IMG/VR virus record: IMGVR_UViG_3300017991_005548
Coordinates: 186,001 to 250,000 of that record
DNA length: 64,000 nt
Reading direction: 5' to 3' (one strand)
Shown: positions 28,266-37,841 of the stretch, piece by piece
Layout of the letters: each line of letters begins with the position of its first letter
Numbering within the stretch: the first letter of the stretch is position 1
Notes under the pieces: generated by a model
What the model was told of the DNA's origin: nothing
Seen by the model: only the letters and a program-made list of their open reading frames with translations
Databases searched by the model: none
Program-made: the position numbers and the translations under genes

Positions 28266-31200
28266 TTAACGTTGGTCGTTGTCAATCAAGTTGTCATTTA
28301 ACAACTTGGAACCAATCGTAAACGCTCCAGCGATTTTGTCCTGGAAGCTAGGCTCCTGGGCAGGCTGTGATTGAATTACGATAGCTGGAAGACCAGTTCC
28401 AGCAGTTTTAACTTGCTGTTCAGTAGAAGCAGTTTTAACGGCCTTAACTGGGAACATAGTTTCCGCAACTGAAGCAATTTTATCAACTTCAAACTGAGCT
28501 AATGCAGTAACAACATTATCAAATGTGCTCTTATCAGAAGCAATTCTGTTGTTAGCGGCTAACCATGAAGCAGTACGAAGAGCTTCCTCTTTACGTGCTT
28601 CCTTGATTCTAGCAAGTTGTTCTTCTCTTTTCTGTTGTACCTGTTTGAGATACTTATCATTGATGCCAGGCATATCTGACTGAGTTTCCTTCTCAACGCC
28701 CATATAAGCGTTATCGATAGGTACATCAGGCTTAGGTGCGTTAACGTCGATGTTATCTGGTCCTTCCTGTCCCATAGTAGCTTTTGCTCTAGGAACGTCT
28801 GGATTTGCCATCTTTACATCGATGTTGTCAGCGCCTTCATGACCCAAAGAAGCATCGGCTCTAGGAACTCCAGCTTCAACATCACCCTCAACGGTGTCAA
28901 CTTCTTTCATCTTTTTCGCTAATGCAAGCTGTCTCTGAGCCTCTTTGAGGTTTTTCTCAGCTTCAGCAATTACAGTACCTTTAATCTCATTATTGATTGC
29001 AGGCATATCTGATTGAGTAGCTTTCTCAATTCCCATGTAGGAACTATCAACAGCTACGTCTGGCAGACCAGCAGGTGGATTAATGTTATCTGCGCCTTCA
29101 TGGCCCATGGTAGCATTAGATCTAGGAACCTGAGGTTTGGCCATAGGAACGTCAATATTATCTGCTCCTTCATTCATCATAGTTGCCTTACTACGAGGTA
29201 CTCCAGCTTCAACGTCTTTCTCAATAGTTTTGATGAGCTTAGGCTTACCTGCCAACTTAATGTTGGACTCAGCGCCAGAGCGTCTTACTCTTGAGGAATT
29301 CATTGCCAAAGCCTCTGCAAGTGCGTCGGTATCAAATGTTTCCATATCTTCTCCTTCTGGAACTTCTTCAGCTTCAAATGCAACGTCCTCTGCGATGTCC
29401 TCTTCCAAGGCTTCATCACCAGTATTTTCAACAACTTCGAGGTTGTCTCCAGTGATGGTTACAGATTCAACTGCGACTTCTTCTGGTTCTTCAATAATCT
29501 CATCAACCTCTACATCGACTGAGTCGAGTGGTTCGAGATCATCTCCGATTTCAACTTCTTCCAAGATAGCCTGAGCTTTCTTGGCTAAGTTTTCTTCTTT
29601 CTGAATGAACAATTCGTTCATTGTAGCGAGATCGTATTGGCTAAGTGCAATCTTTCCTTCTTTTGCTTCATCAGCAAAAGCTTGGACGTAAATGTTATCA
29701 GATTCTTCTTTAGCGAACTTCTTCTTAATGCAGTTGCAAATTGAAGTTGCTTGAACAACATCATGTCCTTTGCTCTTTTGATCTTCAATACATTCATCCA
29801 TTGGATCTACTTGCATTAAAGTGTCAGCCAATTTTTTCATTTGACGGACTTTGGTAAAACCAAGTCTCTTCAGTTCTTTGCATACGCATTCAGCCAATGG
29901 CTTATCTTTGCAAGGACCGAATCTAGCTACAGTGTTTCCACCATAAGTTCTAGCAATTCTTTCAACGCAGTTAGCAGTTGGGAACGTATCGGCGTTAGCC
30001 TGAGCAGTCTTCAACATTCCAACAACCTTAAGCTTAGAAGCGAACTTCCTTGCTTCTTCTTTGCATTCTGGGCAACTATTGTCAGGAGAAAGATCCCATT
30101 CAACTCTTAACAAGCCGTTTGAAGGATTCTTACTACTAACAATGAGGTTCTTCTCGAAAGAAGTTCCGCATTGTCCGCATTCGCATTTGGTGCGACCATC
30201 GCCGCTTGCGATGACATCACATTTCTTATTTCCGCAAGCTGGGCAGACATCGCCATGGGCCTCTCTGTTAGCGGCAATACGAACAATAGAATCTTTATCA
30301 ATTCTAGTTTGAGCGGCAACTGGAAGTGCTGGCATTTCTTCAGGCTCTTCAGGGCCTTCAACGTCTTCCATACCTTCTTCGCCAACGCTTTTGGTAGGTT
30401 TGATGATTCTAAATTCAATTTCTTTCTTAATGAGAGCTTCGTATTCGGCTCCGCAATTCTGGCAGTTACCGATAATTCCACCGTCATCTTCTTTAGTTAC
30501 ATCAACATCAGATGAACCACACTCTGGGCAAATGCTCCAAGGAGCTTGCTTTTCGCCAACAGTTGGGATCTCATCCTCTAACTCATCCTCATTACCAGTG
30601 GTGAGAGCTTGAAGAGCAGGATCTTCTCCCATTGGAGGAGCGTCAAGACCTTCCTCAGGAGCGCCTGGAGCGGCGACTTCGCCTGCGGCCCCTGGCATTC
30701 CGCCACCCATTGGTGACTGAGCAGTTCTTTTCATCTTCTTATTATTATAGGCAACCTGATTAAGGTTTTCCATTTCAATATCAGCGTCAAGTCCGTCCTC
30801 AATGCCTTCTCCTACGAGATCGCCTTCAGGAACGATTTCTTCTTCAATTGGTGCTACTTCTTCGCCAATCGGAATTTCAACTGACTCTTCGCCAGCATCA
30901 GTCTGGACAGCGATTTGAATGGTATTACCATCAATAGTAACATTAGTGATAGAAGCAAGCTTCATATTTTCAGTTGCTAAAGCGCCTTTAGCAAACTTAA
31001 CGATATCTTTCTTGAAAGTGGCAGAAGTCTTTTGAGAACCAAGTTCTTCGAAATCGGTTTCAATTACGATGTCTGCTCCATCAAGTTTTTCAGGATTAAG
31101 AATTTCTTCCTGAGCCTGGACTCGCTTTCTTGATTCCAAAGAAGCTAGAATTTCTTCTCTTTCAGCATCTCTTTTAGCCTTTTCGTTTTTAACGACAGCT

Positions 31201-33836
31201 TTGGTTGATGCTTCTTTAGTTTCTTTCTTCTCTTCTTTTTCTTCGCATTCTTCATCCTCTTCGTCACACTCTTCTTCTCCAGCGACAGCTTGCTTCAGAG
31301 CATTTCTAAGTTCGTCCTTAACGTTAACTTTTGCTACTGTAGAGGCTTCAGCAAGTTTTTCATCAACTTTCTTACTGATACTCTGTTCACCAAGTTCGCC
31401 ATCTGAGAGAACATCAACAGCATCAATAATAGTATCTGGATTAATAGTGTCATCAGATGCAATTACTCTCAACTTGTTAACAAGACAGTGTTCGACTTCA
31501 GTTGGGGAAGCAGTTGCAACTTTTACGTTTTTGGCGTTCCAATAGGATGATCGCTTCGAAAAAGAAGCAGATTCAGAAGATTGAGGTTCTTCTAACAAAG
31601 ATCCTGCTAATCTTACACGTTCCTTAGTGGTTGCAACGCAGTTGTTCGCAATTTCTTGCAATTCTTGTGGGGTTGCTCCAGTTTCAAGGGAAACCTCTGC
31701 AAACGCTTCAACGACAGCATCCATGTGTTCCTTAGCGGACTTAAATAGAGATGCATCTCTGTTGGCCTGACGTGCCCATGCAGGATCGACATTGTCTAAC
31801 TGCTTCTGGGTGATTACTTCAGGCTCATTGTTGGTACGATAGCCTTCACTATCCAATTGTTTTTGGGTGACAGTATGTTTGTCCTCATCCTTACGGGGAG
31901 ATACACCATTACTATCATTATCCAATTGTTTTTGGGTAATGACTTCAGGTTCGTCATCCTGTCTGGGGTTCAGCTTCAACTCGCTGTCATCCAACTGTTT
32001 CTCAGTGATAACTTCTTTTTCACCTTTTCTTGGACTCGCGTTATCATTGCTGTCCAGTTGTTTTTGTGTGATGACCTGCTGTTCTTCCCCAGTGCGACCG
32101 TGATACAACTCGGATCTGTGATCTTCGAGTTGTTTCTGAGTGATCACTTCTGGAGTTGCAAGAACGGTATTGGCACCAGCCTCTTTAGTTTCTTTACTCA
32201 TTCTTTCTACTCCTTCTCTTGGATTTGTTTTGGCGAATAAATCTAAAAATTGATGAGCCGCTACTTTTGGCGACTCACTGATTAAATTCTTATCTTGATC
32301 TGACAGATCGTCATAGGTCCAAATTTGCATTCTGTCAGAGTTAGTGTCCTCCGCGACGATGATAAATGAATCGTCTCTATTTTTCACTGCGAGTTTTAAA
32401 TTACCAATTTGCATTGATGGTACTTCTTTTATATACTCAAAAAAGCTTTGTTTTTCCTGCCACGAGTCAGATAAAACTTGCATAGCTTTTTCACGTTGTT
32501 TTTCTTTACTAGCTACGGTTCGTCTTTTTCCCATAGATTTAACTCCCGTTTTATTCATTTTATCGCACAGACTCGCGGCCTTTTGCAAAACAGAAGCTCC
32601 GAACTCATAATGATCTACGGCCTCATCTGCGACTCTCCTAATTAAATGTGAACTCTGGGCGGCTGGACGCATAGGTGCGGTAATAGGCATCTGCGGTGTA
32701 TTTACTGGAGGTTGCCCTGGCGCTCCAGTTGTCGTTCCAACTTCCATCGCTTGTTCTGAAGCAACTGGCATTGGTGCGGCATCTCTTGGAGCCGTTTCCA
32801 ATCCCCCTCCTGGTGTTGGTGGTACTTCCCCTGTTGGAGGCATACCTTCTTCTGGAGCGTTACCCTCGGTTCCAGGAACCTGAGATTCAACACTTCCATA
32901 TCCAGCCCCTACTAATTCATCTGACCAAGTTTGTAGACTAGCAATAATATCTACTAAATCACTTGCAAATTCAACTTCAACTTGTTGTCGGTTCTTAATC
33001 AAGTTAACAGCAATGTTCTCTAATGTTTCAAGAACCTGATTAATCTGATCAATTTCTTCCTGACTTGCATTTTTCTCAAGTGCCGCAGTCTTAATCATTC
33101 TAAGGTAATTCTCAACATTGGCAACTCTTGCAAGATAATCATCGTTTGGAATTATACCTTCAATATGGCAACTTGGGCAAGCAGGATCAACAACTCCACT
33201 TAACTCAATAAACTTGATCCCATAATTATGTTCAAATACTGGTTCGTCTTTGAATTCCTTCACTTCGCCAGTTCTAACGTTTCTGGCCCTACCAGTAAAT
33301 TTTCTGCTCTTTCTATTTCTAATATGTTCGCAGTAATCTTCAGTTCTCTCAGCTTTGTTTTCGCAAATACTGCAAGTACTGTATTCAACTGAAGCACCCA
33401 TGGAGACTCCAGTCATATATCCTTGTTCAATACCGCGACAAATATGAGGATAAGCATCTCTATCTACAAAAGCTATTGTATAAACAGCATTATCATCTTC
33501 GTTCCATTCGGCCCAGATGATCTTACCTTTAGCCTTTTCTATATCTTGATTTTCATGATTGGTAAAGAAAGGGACACCTTCGAAACTCTTATAAGCTTTA
33601 AGCAATTCTTCTTTCGAAAATGAATCACCATTACTATTAGGTTCGTCAGCTTTGATTGCTTTAGCCCTGAAAAATAAAGCATTTGGATGCTTTGTAATTT
33701 CTGCTTGAACAATCTTTTCTTTCTCTGAACCAGGCTCTATCAAAACTCTGCCAGAGGCAGTTTTAATCATAACCTCGTCTTCCTTAGAAATTTGCTCTAC
33801 AGGACAAGGTTCGGTTAAAGCAACTTTTATTAACAT
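28266..33836 (-). CDS. Giant prohead protease/scaffold protein, 1856 aa
   Basis: N-terminal assemblin/HK97-type protease (NGDSF, FTNHEN, GVSMG, IELSGVVDPA) with CSIC insert; then repeats, zinc ribbons and acidic tracts; lies between portal and MCP. Confidence 0.8.
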   Translation of the reverse strand: MLIKVALTEPCPVEQISKEDEVMIKTASGRVLIEPGSEKEKIVQAEITKHPNALFFRAKAIKADEPNSNGDSFSKEELLKAYKSFEGVPFFTNHENQDIEKAKGKIIWAEWNEDDNAVYTIAFVDRDAYPHICRGIEQGYMTGVSMGASVEYSTCSICENKAERTEDYCEHIRNRKSRKFTGRARNVRTGEVKEFKDEPVFEHNYGIKFIELSGVVDPACPSCHIEGIIPNDDYLARVANVENYLRMIKTAALEKNASQEEIDQINQVLETLENIAVNLIKNRQQVEVEFASDLVDIIASLQTWSDELVGAGYGSVESQVPGTEGNAPEEGMPPTGEVPPTPGGGLETAPRDAAPMPVASEQAMEVGTTTGAPGQPPVNTPQMPITAPMRPAAQSSHLIRRVADEAVDHYEFGASVLQKAASLCDKMNKTGVKSMGKRRTVASKEKQREKAMQVLSDSWQEKQSFFEYIKEVPSMQIGNLKLAVKNRDDSFIIVAEDTNSDRMQIWTYDDLSDQDKNLISESPKVAAHQFLDLFAKTNPREGVERMSKETKEAGANTVLATPEVITQKQLEDHRSELYHGRTGEEQQVITQKQLDSNDNASPRKGEKEVITEKQLDDSELKLNPRQDDEPEVITQKQLDNDSNGVSPRKDEDKHTVTQKQLDSEGYRTNNEPEVITQKQLDNVDPAWARQANRDASLFKSAKEHMDAVVEAFAEVSLETGATPQELQEIANNCVATTKERVRLAGSLLEEPQSSESASFSKRSSYWNAKNVKVATASPTEVEHCLVNKLRVIASDDTINPDTIIDAVDVLSDGELGEQSISKKVDEKLAEASTVAKVNVKDELRNALKQAVAGEEECDEEDEECEEKEEKKETKEASTKAVVKNEKAKRDAEREEILASLESRKRVQAQEEILNPEKLDGADIVIETDFEELGSQKTSATFKKDIVKFAKGALATENMKLASITNVTIDGNTIQIAVQTDAGEESVEIPIGEEVAPIEEEIVPEGDLVGEGIEDGLDADIEMENLNQVAYNNKKMKRTAQSPMGGGMPGAAGEVAAPGAPEEGLDAPPMGEDPALQALTTGNEDELEDEIPTVGEKQAPWSICPECGSSDVDVTKEDDGGIIGNCQNCGAEYEALIKKEIEFRIIKPTKSVGEEGMEDVEGPEEPEEMPALPVAAQTRIDKDSIVRIAANREAHGDVCPACGNKKCDVIASGDGRTKCECGQCGTSFEKNLIVSSKNPSNGLLRVEWDLSPDNSCPECKEEARKFASKLKVVGMLKTAQANADTFPTANCVERIARTYGGNTVARFGPCKDKPLAECVCKELKRLGFTKVRQMKKLADTLMQVDPMDECIEDQKSKGHDVVQATSICNCIKKKFAKEESDNIYVQAFADEAKEGKIALSQYDLATMNELFIQKEENLAKKAQAILEEVEIGDDLEPLDSVDVEVDEIIEEPEEVAVESVTITGDNLEVVENTGDEALEEDIAEDVAFEAEEVPEGEDMETFDTDALAEALAMNSSRVRRSGAESNIKLAGKPKLIKTIEKDVEAGVPRSKATMMNEGADNIDVPMAKPQVPRSNATMGHEGADNINPPAGLPDVAVDSSYMGIEKATQSDMPAINNEIKGTVIAEAEKNLKEAQRQLALAKKMKEVDTVEGDVEAGVPRADASLGHEGADNIDVKMANPDVPRAKATMGQEGPDNIDVNAPKPDVPIDNAYMGVEKETQSDMPGINDKYLKQVQQKREEQLARIKEARKEEALRTASWLAANNRIASDKSTFDNVVTALAQFEVDKIASVAETMFPVKAVKTASTEQQVKTAGTGLPAIVIQSQPAQEPSFQDKIAGAFTIGSKLLNDNLIDNDQR

Positions 33837-33837
33837 A

Positions 33838-36800
33838 TTATCTTCCTTTTCTAAGATTCTTCGAGAACTTCTTTGCTAACCTTAAGAGTTCTAAAGATTC
33901 ATGTGATTTTCCTTCATTGTCCAATTCTTGGGACAACTTTATGATGTTTTTAAGAGCGTCAGTCGATGCCTGTGGGCCATCATCATCGTCATCATCCACA
34001 TCAAAATCTTCTTGAAGACCATCAAGAAGTCCAGGCAATGCAGGTGTTGCAGGTTGTTTTGCAGGAGGTTGCTCCCTTCTTTCCCCAGGTTGTTCTACGA
34101 CATCGACTTCTCTGTCAATAACAACCTCTGGCAAATCAGGTGTTACTTCTTCAGGACCTTCAGGACCTTCAGGAACAACCTCTTCAGCGCCATCACCAAC
34201 ATCATTTATTTCGAAATCTTCTTGATCCAACAAATCTCCTTCATCAAGTACCTGTTCAAGCTCAAGTGCAACCTGATCCAACATATCTTGATCAACATCA
34301 TGAACTCCTCTCATATAAGCGAGGTCTTCTGTGTTAATTCTAATCATTGCTTCGTCACCATATATCTCTTCGAAATATTTTCTCATGGTTTCATCACTTC
34401 TGATTGTTCTGTATAACTTTCTTTGAGCAGGTGTTCTGGCATAGAATTCATATGCCAATTGATTTGAAGTTACATTGTCTGCTGGAGGTCTCTGGAATAC
34501 CAACGCAATTCTTTGAATATTCTTGTCCCCATTCTCATCCATAGATATCAGTGGAGTCTTGGTCCCTGGATCTGTAAGTCTCGTTCCTTTCTCAACAAAC
34601 TCAAAAGCCATTGTTTCAGTTATTTCTCCAACATCAAGAAATGCATCTAACAAACTATTATGAACTCCAAATTGACTCATTTCTTGTTTATCTTCATCCC
34701 AAACAATACTAACAGCATTGCCAACATCTTCATCGGCACCTTTCTTTGTTCTCTTGCCATCAATTTGTTTTTGTCGTCTATAAACCTTTTCCATTTCATG
34801 AGCATAACTTCTTGCTTTCTTGGCTATGTCTTTTATTTCAGAATCAATTTGAATTTGTTCCCCATTTTCCCCTTCTTCAACATATGGTCTAAATGGCTCC
34901 AATTCTTTTATTTGTAAAGGTACATCTAATTGCCTTGCTCGAATAGCCCTTGTCATCATTGCTCTAACCTGACTTGGGAGAAACTTATTGGCATGTCCAT
35001 TCTCATTAAGGAAGATTCGGCCCCTTTCTACAGAATCTTTATCTATCTGTTCTCTGGTGGTAATATTGTTCTCACCCATGAACTCAGCCAAAGTGTCTAA
35101 AGCATTTTTCTTATCGAAGAATTGCAATACTTTCTCCATAGGAGTTCTAACTGTATTCTCATTAAAGCATCTTGGGAAACCATTGGCATCCAAAAATCGG
35201 ACTACAGTTTCGGCAGTACCTTGACCAACATGAGCAAAGTTATTTGCCTCCATACACTCAGCAACCTTCTTTTTAACAACTCTGTCCAAAACTTTAATCA
35301 TTAATGGCTTTACATTACCCTTATTAAATAATGGAGTATAATTGTTAAACTCATCTTTGTGTTTCTTTCTCTTACCCCTACCACTAGCACTTCCACCTGG
35401 GCCTTTGGGATCTCCACCAGCATTTAAGAAATCAACTACAACTTGCATTGAGTCTTCACTTATCTCTTCTATATTTCTAGAAGCCATAAATTCAGCAATT
35501 TCAGCAATAAGATTCTTCTCATTCTTCACATTTGATTTAATCTGAAGGGCTGAGTTTCTTAAAGCGCTACTAGGTTTAATGAATGCATGAGTCTCACTCA
35601 TTCTTTTGAAGTTCTTTCGCATAACATCAATACTTAATAACTTATCAATGTCTTCTTCTGCCAATTCTCTCTCTTCTTCTGTAGAGTCAGGGTCGCTAAT
35701 AATATCTTTGCGGTTTTTGATTTTTTCTTCAATTATGTTTTCATAGAAAGCAAATATATGAGTGACTAACTTATTAAAGATTCTGTTCCCACTATATCCA
35801 TTAAGAGCGCCATCTTTAGAGAAGTTAAAGTTATCTAGGTTAAGAACTCCACCATTAGTAACCTGTTGTCTTGGATCTGGGTTATCTGCCTGTCGTTGAC
35901 CTTCTTCCCATTCGTTCAGAGCTTCCTGCCTATCTTCAGAAACGCCACCAATTCCAGTTAGGAAATTAACAAATGTTCTAAAATCACTTGTAAAATCAAA
36001 CCCTGCTTGACCTGCTTGAGGGATTCCCCCAAGAAGTCTGTATCGGTATCTCTCTCCACCAGTTATATTTTGATCTTGGAGATAGGATCTCACATAATGT
36101 AAAAGATCTTCATTGTATTGTTTGAACTCTTCCATTCCCATCATGTTAGCCAAAAGTTTCCTTAAACCATTTCTATTTAAGAACATTCTTGTTCCATTTG
36201 GAGAAATGATCATGTTATTCTCAGCGGCTTGATTGTAATTAGCGAAAGAATAGATCTGACAATCAGGATCATTCATATAATTTGCGGGTAAAGTAGAATC
36301 TCTTTTAAGAAGACGATTGTCTACCATAGGACCAACAGCTTTTTTCTGGAAGAATCTTGGACCTTCTGTCTTCTTATCAAGATTATAAATAGTTCTATAG
36401 TTAAAGATGTAGGAATAGTCATCCAATCCGAACTTCTGAATAAGAGGTGATGGACTCTCGGGATTGGTTAAGCTTTCCACTTGTTGTTCCTGAGTAACAT
36501 GATCTTCTCCTAGATCTTGGAACATATCAAGTTTATGAATTTTGAGATTCTTTTCTAATTCTTCATTCTCTCTGTTTGGAGCAGGGACTGGATAGGATCT
36601 ATGGAATGCTTGGAATTTCCCAAATGCGTCTGCGTAATACAAACCTGCTAGGTTAAGAACTTGATCTCCTTGTATCTTTTTCCCTCTAACTTTTGCAAAT
36701 GCGGCATCCTTAGCTTTTCTTTTAGCCACTTCATCGGCGGCTTCCTGATCTTCATGTTTTGGATTTCTACGTTCTTCTTCTTGAATGTTTGGCAATAACA

Positions 36801-37755
36801 TTTGATAGAAGTGATCTTGAACCATCCCTTGAATTTGTCCAGATGACTTTTTGAGAAGTTGTATGATTGTTCCCATAGGGATATCTTCCCCATTTTCTGC
36901 ATGGGGGTACATTCCCATAATACGCAATGCGTCACACAATCTACCGTTATCCTCTGGGGCCATTAAATAAGGCCCAACATAAATAGCATGAAGACCATGA
37001 TGTTTACTAAATCCGACATAAGTCTTAAAAATCTTTCTCATTTCTGCGGCACCAGCAGGATCAACTAATTCATCATCTTGACCCTCTTTCGCATCTCCAT
37101 ATCCATACTTTCTTTTATAGTATGCATATCTCTTCCTCTTCTCATCTTTGATGTCTTGTAATGCGCCTTCGAATGACGGGTTGTCTGCTATAAACTCTTT
37201 CAAGTCATCAGCTTCGTCTAGCATAATCGCTTCATATGGAACCCAAATATAATCGACTCTGTATCTAAGAGCGTCTGCGCCCATAGCTTCTTTAATAATT
37301 ACATCGATATTGAACGATTCTAGTTTCTTTTCTCTCTCTTCTTCCCTCTCTTCCTTTTTCTCTCTCTTGGCTTTCCAATCATTCACTTTCTGAGAAAGTC
37401 CATGGAGTTGTTTTGAGGTATAAGGTTTCAAGCTACTGGGGGTGGGGACTCCCCAAGTTTCTTTAGCATATTTAGCGGCTGAGTCTAAACTGTCGAAATA
37501 TTTTCCACCAGCAGAGTAAGTAGCGGGTAGCTTTCTTACGCCTGCGAAGAATTTAGCTCTAGGAGCGTGTACTTTAGCTGGTCCAATAATACAATAGTAT
37601 CCGTCACCATTTGGGGCTTGCCCTTCAAAACGGAAATAACTGCCTGGACCGACAACATCTTCAAACTGATCTTTGAGAAATTGGGTTTTATCAGTATATT
37701 TCTCGCCCCACTTGATGTTTTTCTCAACGAGTTTTTCTTTGGATTCTTTGCGCAT
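33838..37755 (-). CDS. Hypothetical head-module protein, 1305 aa
   Basis: Long ORF between portal and protease. Confidence 0.8.
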   Translation of the reverse strand: MRKESKEKLVEKNIKWGEKYTDKTQFLKDQFEDVVGPGSYFRFEGQAPNGDGYYCIIGPAKVHAPRAKFFAGVRKLPATYSAGGKYFDSLDSAAKYAKETWGVPTPSSLKPYTSKQLHGLSQKVNDWKAKREKKEEREEEREKKLESFNIDVIIKEAMGADALRYRVDYIWVPYEAIMLDEADDLKEFIADNPSFEGALQDIKDEKRKRYAYYKRKYGYGDAKEGQDDELVDPAGAAEMRKIFKTYVGFSKHHGLHAIYVGPYLMAPEDNGRLCDALRIMGMYPHAENGEDIPMGTIIQLLKKSSGQIQGMVQDHFYQMLLPNIQEEERRNPKHEDQEAADEVAKRKAKDAAFAKVRGKKIQGDQVLNLAGLYYADAFGKFQAFHRSYPVPAPNRENEELEKNLKIHKLDMFQDLGEDHVTQEQQVESLTNPESPSPLIQKFGLDDYSYIFNYRTIYNLDKKTEGPRFFQKKAVGPMVDNRLLKRDSTLPANYMNDPDCQIYSFANYNQAAENNMIISPNGTRMFLNRNGLRKLLANMMGMEEFKQYNEDLLHYVRSYLQDQNITGGERYRYRLLGGIPQAGQAGFDFTSDFRTFVNFLTGIGGVSEDRQEALNEWEEGQRQADNPDPRQQVTNGGVLNLDNFNFSKDGALNGYSGNRIFNKLVTHIFAFYENIIEEKIKNRKDIISDPDSTEEERELAEEDIDKLLSIDVMRKNFKRMSETHAFIKPSSALRNSALQIKSNVKNEKNLIAEIAEFMASRNIEEISEDSMQVVVDFLNAGGDPKGPGGSASGRGKRKKHKDEFNNYTPLFNKGNVKPLMIKVLDRVVKKKVAECMEANNFAHVGQGTAETVVRFLDANGFPRCFNENTVRTPMEKVLQFFDKKNALDTLAEFMGENNITTREQIDKDSVERGRIFLNENGHANKFLPSQVRAMMTRAIRARQLDVPLQIKELEPFRPYVEEGENGEQIQIDSEIKDIAKKARSYAHEMEKVYRRQKQIDGKRTKKGADEDVGNAVSIVWDEDKQEMSQFGVHNSLLDAFLDVGEITETMAFEFVEKGTRLTDPGTKTPLISMDENGDKNIQRIALVFQRPPADNVTSNQLAYEFYARTPAQRKLYRTIRSDETMRKYFEEIYGDEAMIRINTEDLAYMRGVHDVDQDMLDQVALELEQVLDEGDLLDQEDFEINDVGDGAEEVVPEGPEGPEEVTPDLPEVVIDREVDVVEQPGERREQPPAKQPATPALPGLLDGLQEDFDVDDDDDDGPQASTDALKNIIKLSQELDNEGKSHESLELLRLAKKFSKNLRKGR

Positions 37756-37841
37756 TTGGTAATCTCCAACAAAAAAGATCTATTATCATTTTTTCTCTTT
37801 TCTAAAAAAATGACACAGATCCCTTTTTTATGATAAAAATG

